42,507 nt of DNA from Escherichia phage glasur: sequence record MN850583.1; one strand, written 5' to 3'. The notes beneath the pieces are model-generated. The model made no database searches. It had not been told where the DNA came from and saw nothing but the letters and a program-made list of their open reading frames with translations. This document shows, one piece after another, positions 42,000-42,507 of this stretch. The translations under genes were made by a program, and so were the position numbers. Positions within the stretch are counted from its first letter, which is position 1; the number at the start of each line of letters is the position of its first letter.

Positions 42000-42507
42000 T
42001 CGACCCAAATGACCGCGCGTACCCCCATGACGTGTGCGCGGATTAGCCTCGCGACGTGCGCGATATTGCTCGCGTGCGCTGCGCGGCGCGTCAAGAGGAT
42101 TGCCTGCGTGCGGTATAGCTCGTGCGTGTCGCGTTTCATCGTCTGCCGTGTGGCGTGCTGTGCGCTGTCCTGCTGGCTGTGCTGTGCGGTGCTGTCCTAT
42201 GGGGACGCTCTGCGCTGGCTGTGCTGTGCTGTGTGCTGCGCTCGGTCGTGCGGGTATCTGTCTCTTTTCGTCGTGCGCCGTGGTGCTGTGTGGTGGTGTG
42301 GTGTAGCGGTGGTGCTGCCGTGGTGCTGTCCTGTCTGCTGGTCTACTGTCTGCGCCGCCAGCTCTGCGCGTCATGCTCTGCTACTGTGTCACCTGTCCTA
42401 CTGCGTTCACTGGCTGCCGCCTGTCATCCTGTCGGATTCCATCCGTTGCCGTTCCGCGCTCGCTTGTTTCGGCTGCGCCGCGCTCGCTCTGCGTATCTAG
42501 CGATACA
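42000..42507. repeat. GC-rich, strongly strand-skewed (A-depleted) right terminal region with short degenerate GTGCTGT/GCTGTCC repeats
   Basis: About 6 A residues in roughly 230 nt (42130-42360) on the + strand. Recurring GGCTGTGCTGTGC and GTGCTGTCC units. Only Cys/Arg-rich ORFs with no ribosome-binding site. Confidence 0.6.
42255..42270 (+). promoter_or_regulatory. Candidate T7-RNAP class II pause/termination (concatemer-junction-like) motif TATCTGTCTCTTTTCG
   Basis: Resembles the T7 class II signal ATCTGTT followed by a U-rich tract, with one mismatch. In T7 this signal lies in the terminal repeat. Confidence 0.35.

Noticed and set aside
41985-42500. Cys-rich + strand ORF (171 aa) and minus-strand ORFs in the right terminal region
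   Set aside because: These are artefacts of the A-depleted GT-rich repeats (TGC/TGT codons), with no ribosome-binding site; the region is treated as a non-coding terminal repeat.
1-42507. CRISPR arrays, integrases, transposases or other mobile-element hallmarks
   Set aside because: No regularly spaced repeat-spacer arrays and no recombinase-like ORFs were seen. The only mobile-like feature is the AT-rich moron cassette at 20820-21134, reported separately.

Overview
This window reads as a complete or near-complete genome (about 42.5 kb) of a T7-like podophage with Autographiviridae-type organisation. All convincing genes are on the + strand. From left to right: an AT-rich terminal region with direct repeats and four tandem host sigma70-type promoters (161-508); a long untranslated leader; an early module of about 20 small genes of unknown function (987-6782), including an array of four tandem acidic paralogues that each carry a conserved hairpin plus GGCAAT-N2-TGCC leader; a DNA metabolism module (7008-18384) with primase, DnaB-like helicase, a CCA/poly(A)-polymerase-type nucleotidyltransferase, family A DNA polymerase, FEN-type 5'-3' exonuclease, endonuclease VII, a metallophosphoesterase, a HAD phosphatase and a MazG-like protein; a single-subunit RNA polymerase placed at the end of this module (18384-20819), as in phiKMV-like phages; a structural module (portal, scaffold, major capsid, tail tubular A/B, three internal virion proteins, tail fibre/spike); small and large terminase; a lysis cassette (putative unimolecular spanin, holin-like protein, GH108 endolysin); and a GC-rich, A-depleted repeat region at the right end. 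A 23-nt T7-promoter-like element (TTATGAAAGTGACTATAGTGATA, 16/23 identical to the T7 consensus as I recall it, including ACTATAG) occurs at 20845-20867, with variants at 6971-6993 and 21112-21134 and an exact inverted copy at positions 1-23. No tRNA, CRISPR array or transposase was seen. Everything is from reading the sequence and ORF track by eye; family assignments rest on remembered motifs and gene order, and coordinates of hairpins and motifs were hand-counted and may be off by a base or two.
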